Source: Microbotryum violaceum
Taxonomy: Eukaryota
Direction: 5' to 3'
Assembly (NCBI GenBank): GCA_001244265.2
Contig: CDLV01000011.1
Coordinates: 1,488,001-1,552,000 of the forward strand
DNA: 64,000 nucleotides
The translations under genes and the position numbers were made by a program. Shown one piece after another: positions 12,901 through 25,700 of this stretch (within the stretch, counting starts at the first letter, position 1; each line of letters starts with the position of its first letter). The notes beneath the pieces were generated by a model. The model searched no databases and was not told where the DNA came from. It saw nothing but the letters and a program-made list of their open reading frames with translations.

Positions 12901-15746
12901 GCGGAAAGGTAAGTCTACTAGTTCACAGTTATTCCTATGATCCTCGACACTGACCCACTTCCCACCGCTTGCGCTCTTGAAGGTACTACATGCTGGTCAA
13001 CTCGTCCGTTTGGGGGACGGAGAGTCGGGAAATGTGCAAGCGGATCCTCGAGGCCTCGATCAAGGAAGAGGACAAGTACCAAGTCGGATTGACCAAGATC
13101 TTCTTCCGCGCCGGTCTACTCGCCCGCTTCGAGCAGTTGCGCTCGCAACGACTGAACGCGCTCGCGATCCTGATGCAGAAGAACGTGAGGCGTCATCAGG
13201 CCCTCAAGTCATACCTGAACTTGAGGCGCGCCGTCATTGGAACGCAAGCGCGATGGCGTGCAACGTTGGCACGCCGTGCCGCGGAAAAGGAACGCCGGGA
13301 TCGAGCCGCCGTCATCATCCAGAGCAAGATGCGCGGTCACTTGCAGCGCTTGCGATTCGTCAGGGCACGACAAGCGATCGTCGCGGTTCAAGCTATCGCT
13401 CGCGCCACGCTCGTGCGTCGAGCCTTCAAGCAGGAGCGTATTGAGGCGGCCGCTGTGCGACTGCAATCGCTCGTTCGTGGTATGTTCGTGCGCCGCCGGA
13501 CTCGACAAGATCGTCGTCGCATCGTTCTGCTGCAATCGTGCGTGCGCCGACGAGCTGCGCAGAAGGAACTGCAGGGTCTCAAGACGGAGGCGCGCTCGGT
13601 CGTGCACTTCAAGGAGGTGTCGTACAAGCTCGAGAACAAGGTCGTCGAGCTGACGCAGACGCTGCAGAGGCGCACGGGCGAGAACCGCGAGTTGACGAAC
13701 AAGCTCAAGGCCTTGGACGCCCAACTCGCTGGATGGGTCGCCAAGCACGAAGAGGCCGACACCAAGGCCAAATTGTTGCAGGTCGAGCTCGATAAGCCGA
13801 CGGTGGCTTTGCCCGAGTACGAGGCCCTCGAACAGCAACGCAAGGCCCTCGACGAGCAGTTGCAAGCCGCACAGAAGAAGATTGTCGAGCACGAGCAGGA
13901 GATGCAGAAGGCGATTGCGCAGCATGCCGCACAGGTGAAGGAGCTCGAGGCGACGCATGTGACGCTCAAAGAATCCTTGGCTAAAGCCAGTGATGATTCG
14001 GCCACTGTTGCGGGCTTGAGGAGCGAGATCGCTTCCTTGCGCGAGCAGTTGACTAGGCAGGTCGCGCTCGCGAATGCAAACAAGGCCGTCCGACCAGAAG
14101 GGACCAACTTCAACATGGCGACGGGTGCTTCACGAGGCCTCGAGAACGGTGCAGGCGGCGTGGCCATGGCCACCGTGGGAGGTCTTTCACCCGCTGGTCT
14201 TCCGGGGACAGCGAAGCGAAGACAGCGACGTCACAGCGACGTCACCGCCGACCACTCGCCGATTCCGGAAGAGACGGATCGATGGGAGGCGCCCCGGCCC
14301 GTGTCCGTCGCTTACCCGCAGGAGAACGGATTCGCCAAACGAACAGGCACGAAGGGTTACCTACCCGAAGTGTACGACGATCCGGCCGAAGAGATAATGC
14401 GGCTGCTCGAGGAGGAAGAGCCGCTCGACGAAGACGTCCTGTCCGGCATTATCCGCCACCTCAAGATTCCCGGTGCTAACTTGCAAACCCCGCCATCGCC
14501 GAAGGAGGTTCTCTTCCCTGCGCACTTGATCAGTTTGGTCACGAACGAGATGTGGAAGTATGGTATGATGAGAGAAAGCGAAAGGTTCTTGGCCAACGTC
14601 ATGCAGACCGTTCAGCAACACGTCATGGTAAATTTCGCTACGAGGGATGGCAGCAATTGCTTGGAGACGACAGCTTACTGAGCCCGTCCCAACGTGACTC
14701 CCACAGAGCTTCCAAGGCGACGACGTGATTGTACCCGGCATCTTCTGGCTCTCAAACGTCCACGAGATCCTTTCGTTTGTCTGCATCGCAGAGAGCGACA
14801 TCTTGCAGGGCATCGGGCCTGGCGGTGATGGCATCGGCCGCGAGTACGAGTGGGACGACTACGAACGCCTCGTCACGATCGTCAAGCACGACCTTGACAG
14901 TCTCGAATACAACATCTACCATACATGGATGCAAGAGACGAAAAAACGACTGCACCGCATGGTCATCCCCGCCTTGATCGAGTCGCAGTCCTTGCCGGGC
15001 TTCGTGACGAGCGAAGGTTCGGGACGGCTGTTCGGTCGCTTGGTCGGTGGTGGTGCCGCGTCTACGCCGGCGTTCAGCATGGACGATATCCTCAATTTGC
15101 TCAACAAGGTGTGGAAGAGCCTTAAGTCGTACTACGTCGAGCACAGCGTCGTGCAACAAGCTGTGACCGAGTTGCTCAAGCTCATTGGCGTCTCGAGCTT
15201 CAACGACCTCTTGATGAGGCGCAACTTCTCGTCTTGGAAGCGAGCGATGCAGATCCAATAGTGAGTCAAGCTCATGACCATAGGAGAGTATGGATTCTGA
15301 TCTAGCTTGACTTTTGACTCCACAGCAACATCACACGGTTAGAAGAGTGGTGCAAGTCGCACGACATGCCTGAAGGCACATTGCAACTCGAACACCTGAT
15401 GCAAGCGACCAAGCTGCTGCAGCTCAAGAAGGCGACGCTCGCCGACATCGACATCATCTACGACGTGTGCTGGATGTTGACCCCGACGCAGATCCAAAAA
15501 TTGATCGCCAACTATTACGTCGCGGACTACGAGAACCCGATCTCTGCCGAGATCTTGCGCGCGGTCAATTCGCGCGTCGTGGCTGGTGACAAGAACGATC
15601 ATTTGCTCTTGCCGCCTGAAGTCGAAGAGGCGGGTCCTTACGAGGTGCCGCTACCGCGTGAGGTGACGGGTATCGAGACTTATGTCCCCGCTTGGTTGAA
15701 TGCGCCTCATCTGCGTGGACTGGTCCAACTCGTTTCGGCATCGTAA
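9923..15746 (+). CDS. MYO2: Class V myosin heavy chain
   Basis: Motor domain ([17 protein letters not shown]-like [27 protein letters not shown]), multiple IQ motifs, coiled coil and a C-terminal DIL cargo domain ([29 protein letters not shown]). Seven canonical introns; the first is 445 nt (10133-10577). Confidence 0.97.
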
Positions 15747-16137
15747 TCGGAAACCTCCTCTGTCTCCTTCTTGCAACCCCTACGCCGCGATTCCACCGCC
15801 CAGATTCCCCAGCAACTCCAAATCCCATCACATATGCCCCTTCTCTTTTCTCTTTCGCATACGAGTCTTGTTCATAGCGGATGTGATCTTTACGACTAGA
15901 TGTTTGTTCTCCCCCCCAAGGTTTCTTGGTCTGACTTTTTTCGGTTTCGGGGAGAGGTTCCCCTTCCTCCTCTTTGCAAAGACGTTGACGATGAATCCAG
16001 AAGTAGGTGGGAGAGAGAAAAAAGAATACTTTCAAATGTGTGCGCAATGGGGAGGTACAACAAGGACAAGTGAAAGAAGAACAGGACAAGGACATAATCG
16101 CTGACGAGAGGACAGCTAGGTACTGAGTTGAGTATGA

Positions 16138-17810
16138 TTACGAGATGAAAACCTGTTAAAAGAGGGAAACCTTGTCAATTTTTTGTCCAGACAGGCTTGA
16201 AAGTCTGCCATCTACCTTTTTGAGGTCCGTAAACTCGTGCATCTCCCCGGTCCTCGGTTCGACGAGCCGATGATCGGGATGCTGACTTGCAACCAAGGCC
16301 AAACCCTGTATGACAGTATTTTCTGTTAGATCCAAGACACGGGCCAAAGCATAAACGACGACCCACCTCTCTGGAATACACACTCGCTTCCCCCGTCGTC
16401 GGACTGATAAGCGCCAAGAGTTGACCCCCTTCTCCACCATCGCCTTCGACGACTTTGCCCGTGACGCCACAGACGATCGTCGAGTTGACGTGGTGTGAGT
16501 AAGGTACTTCAGGGGCTAGTTTACCCAAAGGTGAGGAACATATAGGACAATTTTTGGACTTGCGAGTCGTATCTCGCGTTGTGGGCGCTTTGGGGTCGGT
16601 CGGAGGGAGGGGACAACAGATGGGCGTTTTGAGGGAAGCGATCCCCGCTTGGAGGGACATATGAAGCAGCGGGGTGGAAGGGAGTGAATGCAACGCCAAG
16701 AACGTCTCTTTGAAAAGAGTGACCAAGGTCTCCCATCGAGCGGGGGAGTACAGATCCTGATAAGGTCGACAAGTCGTATCGGGACCATAGGCGAGTAAAG
16801 CCATGGCGCGGGACAACTCGGCGATCTCGGTCCCTCCTTGCGCGATGGCAGCGTCGTTCCCGGCGGAAGGGGAGAGATGCTTCCTGGCGTAGAGGATGGC
16901 TTCGCGGTGTTTTTGGGATCGACATAGTTCGATGTAGGCTTGGAGGTGGATTGTGAACTCGAGCGAGGACTGCGTTTGGGTGACAGGTTTTTCGGAACGA
17001 GCAAACCCCCCACACATAGTCAGTCAGAGCCGCTTGGATCAAACCCGTCGCACATGATATATGCCTACTTTGCTCTTCCTCAGCGCAACCTTGTTCTCCC
17101 CGACCCAAGCGAGCACCTGATCAAGTTTCCGACCTCTCAACTCCTCCGTCGCCCTGCCCAACTCATCCCACAACTCCCTATCGACCAGCTCCTCCACCCG
17201 TTCCTCCCTCGCAAACACCTCTGCGGTCTTTTTCAAATTCGGTTCGGCTCGGAGGAAGTAGTCGGCGACTTGGTAGGATAACCTTCGACGTGCCCAGGCG
17301 GGGTAGGAAGGACTGTCCATCGAGTCGGGGAGATGGGAGAGATGGTCCAGTCGGGCTTGAGTGAGATGGCATACTCTACTTGATTGGATCGATAGATCGG
17401 ACAGCTTGCGTTTCAAGCCCCTCATCTTGGAAAGCATGGCGTCGATGCGACGGAGGAGGTCTTGGCGTTGTTCATGTTCGGCGGAAGGAGCGTTCGTCGA
17501 CGATGACGAGGTGGAGCTCAGTTGCTTGATGAGGTCGTTGAGCTCTCTTTGGAACGACGAGCTCGGGCCAAGGTTGTACTCGTAGGTACGTTGAGTTGTC
17601 TTGTGGATCTTGCGAAGGGTCTCGGTTGGCGCCTGGGGAGGGATGTGCGTCAGTGGCAGTGCTGTCGGAAAGCTGACTCGGCGCAGGGAGGAAGAGCGGC
17701 CGGCAGGGGGCTATGACTCGTGTGAGCTGACAGAGCTGTAGCATTACCTTGAGCAGGGCCGACTCTAGCAGGAGCACCTCAGCTGGGTTCAGTCGGCTTG
17801 CTGAAGCCAT
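16138..17810 (-). CDS. FYV10: GID/CTLH ubiquitin-ligase subunit Fyv10 (Gid9/MAEA)
   Basis: LisH/CTLH/CRA-like segments (LAWVGENKVALRKSKSSLEFTIHLQAYIEL, EAILYARKHL), SLQAGIASLKTP and CPICSSPLGKLAPEVPYSHHVNSTIVC. The last exon gives KVFIS* (stop at 16138-16140). Confidence 0.88.
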
Positions 17811-18040
17811 CGTGGCTTGCAGTGACCCGGGTTGCAGGTGCACGGCAGACGGCGAGAGGAGCACGCCACGGCAGCAGGCCACGGCAGCAGGCCAACGAGC
17901 AGGTGGTCAGACCGCACCGGCGCTATCGGCTCACGAGGCTCCATTAGAGTCAATCGGGCAATTCGCTCATGCATGTACTGATTCGCTGTGTTGCATCCTT
18001 CAAGAGGAACCAACATACTCGGTTCTAAAACCCCATCATT

Positions 18041-19774
18041 CTACGACAGCACCTTGCCCACGATTCGTGCCTTGACTTTCCTCCTCACCAAAGTAAGCAC
18101 ATACGCCACCGCGCCCAACGCCGCACACCCCCTCAACACAACCGCAACCACGAGCGCTCTCCTCACCGCAGAGTAATACGAACCCAAGGTCATGCCCGCC
18201 CAATTGACCCTTGCGTTCTCCCCTGGTGCACTAGGTCGGTACCTCAGGATACGTCGGTACCGGAACCCGAAGATATAGATGAGCAAGTTGATATCGGGGT
18301 ACGAGAACCGAGGGAAGATGGAGGCCGCCGAAGGAGCAAAGGGGTGTGCTTCGATCTCTTGTTGGCTATCGGGCAAGGTCGAGGCGAGGTGCGGGTAGGT
18401 CGAGAGGTCAGTTGAATCGCGGGAAGAGAGAGCCGAGCTGGCAGGGTTCATGTGCGTGAGCAGATCGAGCGTCATGCCCAGGGTCAAACCCCACAGCTTG
18501 AGATCGGGCAGCGGGTGAGAGGGGAGCACGGGGGTGTGCAGACCGAGCGCGACCGGGTGGTTCGGAAGGAGAATGCATCTGAAAAAAAAGTAACGTCAAC
18601 ATCTTGGGGAAACGTTCCTCGGTCTTGATATTCACCACTCACTTGAAATTCATGGATCCGACGAGCGCCTTGAGGAATATTCGTGCCAGAGCGTTTCGAG
18701 GTGCCAGCCTGAGGGGAGCGATCAACGGATCAGCACCACAAGAGATGGAGTATTTGACGGTGCGACTTGACTCACCGTGTACTGATGTCGATCGAAACCA
18801 CCCCAACCTTGGCCTGCGGAGCGGTCAATTGTTCGAGCGGAACCCAATGTGCCGACGCGACCTCGCTCTCCTGCAGTTCCGGGAAGGGGGCATGAGGCGA
18901 CGTGTGCAAAAAGACATAGCAGCTCAGAATCATGAGCAATCGTTTGCCAAGACTGGTCGTGATCTCTCGATCGTCCAATGCGCCGACGGGAATCCACTCC
19001 TTCTCCGCAAGGTCGAGACCGACTTCTTCCCACGACTCGCGCATCGCCGTGTAGCGCCCATCCTCATCCTCGGGTTCCTGCCTTCCCCCTGGGAAAGCAA
19101 CGTGCCCGGACCACTTGTCGGTCGATCGGGTCGCACGCTTGATGTAAAGGATCTCGGCGGTCGTTCCAGGTGCGTGGACCCATTTCTGACTGAAGAAGTC
19201 GTCGAGCTGATCCGCGATCGACTTGGGAGCTAGAGACCCTGAGGTCGGCAGTGGGATGGAAGCGGAGTGGGCGCCTGTTGGCGGAGATCCGGGTGGACTG
19301 GCGTGCAAGGGGAGACCGGCTGATGCAAGAGGGGATGCGGGAGCTGGGGACGGCGCCGCGGTCGAAGTGGGGGAACCGGACGCGGTCGGCGATGGCGATC
19401 CTCCAGCAGGTCGCAGGCGAATGACTGTTGGATATCATTCAAGTCCTCAGTTTTAAGGATGCCCAAGCCAGGAAACACGGTATCCAAGGATTCGATTGTC
19501 GCATTGTGTGATCTCGATCGCGCTCCCCAACCGTGACCGAATGCCGAGATCTATACTACGTCGATTACGCCTCGACCTGACATCGCAGCGAGGGCGAGCG
19601 CGTGTCGACATGAACTAACTCACTGATGGCCACACTAGCTCGTCGTGAGGCGCCCGAGGCCGGGGATCCGGGTACGACGGGTGGAGCAGCAATCAGCCGC
19701 GGATGCGAGTGGTGGATCTGCAACAGCGCTCGTTTGAGCGCAGGTAGGGACGAGGGAGTAGCAGCTGCGGCCAT
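18041..19774 (-). CDS. Nudix hydrolase (CoA-pyrophosphatase-like) with a C-terminal hydrophobic segment
   Basis: Nudix box WSGHVAFPGGRQEPEDEDGRYTAMRESWEEVGLDL, plus RRASVAIIIR and KLWGLTLGM; three canonical introns. Confidence 0.88.
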
Positions 19775-20107
19775 GGTTGGAGAGTAAGAAGGGAGGAGGG
19801 GCGACCTGCTGCGGCGCTCCTGTGGCCGGTTCTCGAGTTGGCGTGTACGGGGTGTGCCCGAGAATAAGCTCCACCGCCGAAGCCGATGCTGAAGCGCTGA
19901 TGGCCGCGAGGAGCTCAACCGGCTCAAAAGTGATCGAATCAGTTCAAATCGATCGAGCGCGCGGCCGTCGCACGGACCTCCTTTCGGACACTACGTCGCA
20001 CCGACGACCAAACGCAAACCAAACGCGCGGTGTCGTCTCTGCCGCTCGTGCGACCTATTTCGCCACGCCGGCGCAAGTAGGCTTACCGCCAGGCTCTAGC
20101 TTGGGTC

Positions 20108-21807
20108 ATGACTGTACCAGAGTATCGCCAAGCGCCGACACTGGCTCGCTCAGCAGCAGCAGCTCCCGTCAGCTCCCGTCGGCTACAGCAATCGTCAAGC
20201 GCCTTCTTTCGTAATGCCATAATGTGAGTGTGCATCAGTCCTCAGTGGCTTGGTGCGAGATGCAGAACGACTCACCACCCAATGAATCTACCTACGACAG
20301 CTCGTCGGACGGGTCATGTGCGCTCGTCGCAGCGGATGATCGATCCTTGTCCCTGTACATGATGTCAGTCACGGTCACAACCTCTGCGAGATCAAACCAT
20401 ATGTGCGTTGCTGGTACTCACCCACGCTGCCGCACCCAATTGTAGTGCCCCAACCTCAACTTCCGCTGCCCCCTGGACCCCTGTCTGGCACTATACCCCA
20501 CCCGATGCGCTCTTATCCTTCCAATGGTTCCCCCACGCATCGCCTTCGAACCCGCCTTACTTTGCTTTCGTCGTCGCCGTCAAGGACCACCCTGTCCAGC
20601 TACTCGATGGGTCTGATCATCGTGTGCGTATGGCGCTTGACGAACGAGAACTCTGCCCGGCTCGGGAAAAAGATCTGAAACTGATCTTTTTCCTGTCCGT
20701 GCGCATCGCAGCTAAGAGCGACTTACGCTATCATCGATCACCAAGAACGCTTCGTTGCTCCTCATTCCATGGTATTCACACCCGATGGGTCACAGTGAGT
20801 AATGCTCCCGGGATTGAATGAGAGAACCTACCTGGCTTGAGATCACTCACTGTGTGCAACAACTCGCCTCACAGTCTCATTTGCGGATACGATAATGCTC
20901 TCGAGATCTTTGATGTCTCATTACCAGGTGCAGAAGGAATCCGGATACCCACCTCCCCAACCAAGAAGAGTCGCTCCGGACAAAAAGGTGAGCGAAACAA
21001 ATCGAGCCGGACAAGAAGGCGGATTCCTCCGTGCTGACCGTGCTGTCTACTTCCTTAGGCATCATCTCGAGCCTTACAATCTCACCTGATGCAACTCTCG
21101 TTGCTGCAGGCTCGTTCTCCGGTTCGGTAGGTCTCTACGACTTGACCCTTGATGCCAAGTTGATCAAAGTGATACGTACGAATGAAAGGGGCGGAGTCAC
21201 CCAGGTCAGCTTTCAAGTCTCACTCTAGATTAACCTCGAAAATTCTGACCATTCGGTCTTTCCACATCCCAGGTCTTATTCCACCCCTCCGGCCATCTAC
21301 TCTACGTCGCTTCTCGACTCTCTCGCTCGATCGAGGTCATCGATATGAGGAACCTCAACAAGCCTTTGGGGAGATATCCTCGTCGAGCGAGGACGAATCA
21401 ACGACTAGGCATCGATGTCGACCCTTCGGGAACGTGGTTGGCCGCTGGAGATGTTGTAGGTACCCCCAAGACACATTCCAAGCATCGCATTGCTGATCTT
21501 GATCCATGTCCGATAGACCGGCAAGATCTCCTTCTATTCAGCCGAATTCGACCCTCTCAACGCCACGCCTTTCTACTCTCTCAAAGCCGCTCAAGAACCG
21601 ATAGGTTCCTGTCACTATGTACCCGGAACAAAGCAGTTGATGACGTGTTCCGGATCGAGAAAGTTTCAAGTTATGGGTAGTGGAGATACTTCGAGTGGAA
21701 GCGACTCCGAGTCGGACGGCGAGGGAGATGGAGACCGACCCGAGACAGAGACGGCGTCAAAGCCGACAGCGCAAGGGGATTCTCTGCAATTATGGGACCA
21801 GACCTAA
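20108..21807 (+). CDS. WD40 protein of the TCAB1/WRAP53 (Swt21-like) family
   Basis: Spliced product contains FQWFP, KDHPVQLLD, LRATYAIIDHQERFVAPHSMVFTPDGS, SGQKGIIS and RTNQRLGIDVD. Eight exons with canonical junctions. Confidence 0.8.
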
Positions 21808-21852
21808 TCCAAAGTTGGGAACTCTAACGAGAAATTTCAAACGAGTCTACAA

Positions 21853-24800
21853 TTACGCCATGAACCCCTCTCCCCTCAACCATCGCTCAACATCCTCTCC
21901 ATCCCTCTTCAACCACCCTGCCTTGGACCGAATTTTCTCCAACCCTTGACCAAGCGCATAAGCGAACCCATCGAGCTTCTCATCCTTGAAAAAGTCTTCA
22001 ATCATGTTTGCGTCTTGCTCGGAGGAGAATCCTTGGATTGAAACTTCGATGACTTTAAAGAGGGAGGAGGTGGAGTCGAATTCGGCGCGAAGGAGGGGCC
22101 AGGCATTGGAGGTGACGGACCAGACGAGGCGGCGAGAATGGGGGTTGCGTGCGAAGGCCTGGATCAGAATGAAAGAAGAAGCGAGCTCAGTCGCGCGCAA
22201 AAGGGTCGGGTTGGTGAAGGCCGAACTCACATCCAGGAACAGTGGTACATCGTGCATCGGTATCTCTCCTGTTGACAACTTTTGCGCCAACCCAACTAAC
22301 TTTTCCGGATCGGACGAAGACGTCAGACCGATGATCGCACCGAGTTTATGAGCAGGTGTCGGAGGTTGGTTGTAGATCTGTTGCACAATGTCGAACTCCA
22401 TTCTTGAGCCGTGTTTGACCGTTGTGGAAAGGACGAAAGGGGCAAGGTCGATAATGAGCGAGTCAGGGGCGGCTTGGGAGGCTAGTAGGGCTTGGAAAGA
22501 GGTGCGGGCCCATTCGATCGCTCTGCCGGGTGAAATCGACTTGGTTTCGTCAACCTTCTCGAGCTATGACATCGCCAATCGAATAGACACTTACGCAGGG
22601 ACTTCAGCGACACACGCCGCCCCCACAGCCAAGCTCTTCAAGCTCTTCCTCTCCGTCGAATCCCCCACATCGTACGACCAACCAACGCGATCCAAAAGAG
22701 GTTCGAGGAGACTTCGTGCAAAAGCCTTAATCCCCTCTTGTACCTCGGGTGCTTGTTCCCACCACGTATCAAGCATGTGACCCAAAGCTTCGGCGATATC
22801 GTGCCATAGGAGATATTCGGGCGTCTCGGTCGTCGACGCCAGGGTACGGATGAAGGAGAGCGTCGAAGAGGTGCGCGTGTGGCCTGAAGAGGAGAGAGCG
22901 ATGACGTCTTGGAGAAGGGCGAGGCGTTCTGGGAGGGAGAGACGGCATGTGGGGGAGATGGCTTCGGACGCGAGAAGGGAGAGGTGGACTGGAGGGTAGG
23001 AGACGCGATCTACAGTGCAAAGCAGTGGGCGGTCAGTCGCCGCGTGGTGGACCAATGAGCGAACAACCTACAAAATCCGGCAGCTTCCCGGTTCACAATG
23101 AAGAGGCCAGCCGGTTTCGGGATCTCCAGTTCACGCGTCGTCATCAATTTGCTCTCGAGCTCATTTGAAGCTTCGAAAGCTTTTACTCCCAGCGGAAGAG
23201 TCCAGACCGTTTGGTCAATCTCCTCCGATGCTGGACCCGACGCAAGAAAGCGGTTCTGTGCCAATTTGAGCACCTGACCGTCTTCTTCAACTGTAACGAC
23301 GGGAAACCCGACTTGGCTCGTCCAAGTCTCCATCATCCGTGGCACATCGACGCCACTTGCTTCCGACATGGATTGCCACAGATCAACGCTCGTTGTATTG
23401 CCGTGGGCGTGTTTCTTGAGGTACGAAGCGATGCCCCGGATGAAAGCGATTCTTCCGATCGTATGGCTCAACATCCTCAGGAGCGTGGAGCCCTTTGCGT
23501 ACGAGATGTCGTCAAACGCCTCAGCAACCGCGTTTGGCAGATTCTTGAGTACTGGCAGATGGACGGGATGGGACGACAGCAAGCAGTCAAGTTTAAGTGC
23601 CCTAGCTCGATGCGTCCGCACGAACTCGACTTCAACATTCCAATCCGGTTGGAGCTCATGCACGACCACCACTTCCCCCAACCACGTCGCGGTCCCTTCA
23701 TTGAGCCAAAGCTCATCCCAGAAGCTCATGCTGACCAAATCGCCGAACCAAAGATGACTTGCTTCGTGCGCGACGGTTGTTGTGACAATTTTCTTCGAGG
23801 AGCGACCGCCCGTAGCTGGATCATGGAGCAACGAAAGCGGTTGTCCCGTGATCAGGCCTGGGTTCTCCATCGCACCTGCTTCGAAAGCGTCGCAAACGAG
23901 TAGGTCGACCTTGCCATATTCGTAGGCGATGTCGAACAGCTTTTCATAAATCGGCATGGCCCTGGCAAGCGTGTCTAGTGCTTGACCGCCGAGGCCTCGT
24001 TGCACGTATTTCCGGGCTGTGGCCGCGTAGAGTCGCAAAGGGACCTCGATGTTCGTGATGGGAGAGATGTATGACGTCTCCAAGTAGCTGTGATTCAATA
24101 ATCTTCATTCTCAGTGCGAGGGTACTTGAGCATGGCATAGAAATCGATGTTCTCACCTGAAGTGACCGATGGCCCAGGCGACTAAATAAGTGCTCATGAT
24201 CGGGGTCGTCTTGAATCTCACGACCTCCCAAGCAGCGCCTTCAGCACTCTTCTTCAATCCGAGGAAGTCTCTTGTAAGTACTGTGGTAGTGGGGAGCGCT
24301 CCGCAACTGGACGAGCGCTCCAACTCGGGCGAATTTGCGAGCGAGGTGTAGCCAGCGGGAGATAGGAGCGTCAAGGAGAACGTAGCCTTTTGCGTGGGAT
24401 GATCGAAGCAAGGCTGTAGTCGAGGATGAATCCTCCGTCAGTATAAGACCACGACGACGCATTCTGTCTTCATGATCGACTGACGAAAGCTCGGCGGGCC
24501 ATGGTAGGCTGGAAGTGGGTGACCGCATACTGCTCTCCCTCGGGTTCGTCGTCCTCACACGGAATTTTATAGTAGCCTGAAAAAAAAAAATCTAGAAGCT
24601 GTTGGGCACATGACAACGTTAGTCACAGCAGTCTACCTCGACTGACCGAACCTCGCCTCGGCGCTGAGTTGTCCCGTCCAATGCAGGCCCAACGTTGCTT
24701 TGCCAGGCTTGAGCTCGTCTTCAAAGTCGATACTGAGCTTCTCCTCCTCTTCGTCCGTTTCGAGTGAGCATGGTGCGAATCGCTTCCCCTCTTGAACTAG

Positions 24801-25115
24801 TACAGCTGCGTGGACCTGAAGCAGGTTGGTCGCGTGGAGCACCACACATTTCGTCAACAGCGAGAGCTCGAGTCTGACGAGCAGGTGTGACAGCATCAGC
24901 CCTCGATCAAACCTTCTTCACGAGGCTGTACACTCCACTCACTCAATCTCGACTGTTCCACTGAAGCTCGACTCGGCAAAGTCAGTCTTGATGGTGAGCG
25001 CGTAAGAGACAGGCCTGCAAAATCGCACACGTCAGTTCTGCCCGAAATCCATCCACAGCAGCCACTGCAAACGCCTTCAGGGGGTTGAAAACTGCCAGAG
25101 GACCCACTTGATCAT
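21853..25115 (-). CDS. M1 family zinc aminopeptidase (puromycin-sensitive/Ape2-like); start codon uncertain
   Basis: Motifs THFQPTMARRAFPCFD, TTPIMSTYLVAW, GAMEN, HEASHLW...LWLNEG (HExxH-18-E) and FDDISYAKG; ERAP1-C-like C-terminus. Confidence 0.93.
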
Positions 25116-25700
25116 GATAAAACTGCAGAAATTGGGAGGAACTAACGATCCGTAGCACAGTGTCGAAAGTAGTCCAGAGCAGATTAAAGTAGTTCGGACA
25201 GTCGGTTAACATTTGGCCCTTTGTTCCTTTGTGAGCCTGGCTGGGTGAACTCCCGCGCGCGTGCTCTTGCGCTCATCCAGCGGGTCGACTCCTTTGTCAG
25301 GGGAAGTGCCATGTTTCATGTCGCATCCCGCTTCGGTTTATCTCTAGAAAATCTTCGTCGAAGCGGTGGGTACTATTATCAGGTGACCCCCCCTTGGAAG
25401 CGTTTGTAGGCGTCTCCATGTGCTTCTGTAATAACGGGCCCTGCATATAAGTATCGCTGTTATTCGCAAATAGCCAGGCTTCCGGGCTGTACCCGCAACA
25501 CCGCTACTCCAAAGCCGTTTTAGACAGCGCCTCCAGTCCTGCATCCGGGTACCACTGCTCGTAGCTCGATTCAAATGGCTTGGACGCTGTTGTCATTAAA
25601 TTCTATATCGATAAAAAAAAGGACTGTTGCTAGTTGCGGGATCACCATTTGACGGACAAGACAAGCAAGGAAAAACTGATCCTTTGAACAGACTGAAGCT

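Noticed and set aside
9923-15746. Mating-type linkage suggested by myosin V (MYO2 lies in the Cryptococcus MAT locus)
   Set aside because: No pheromone, receptor, STE20 or homeodomain gene is visible in the window.
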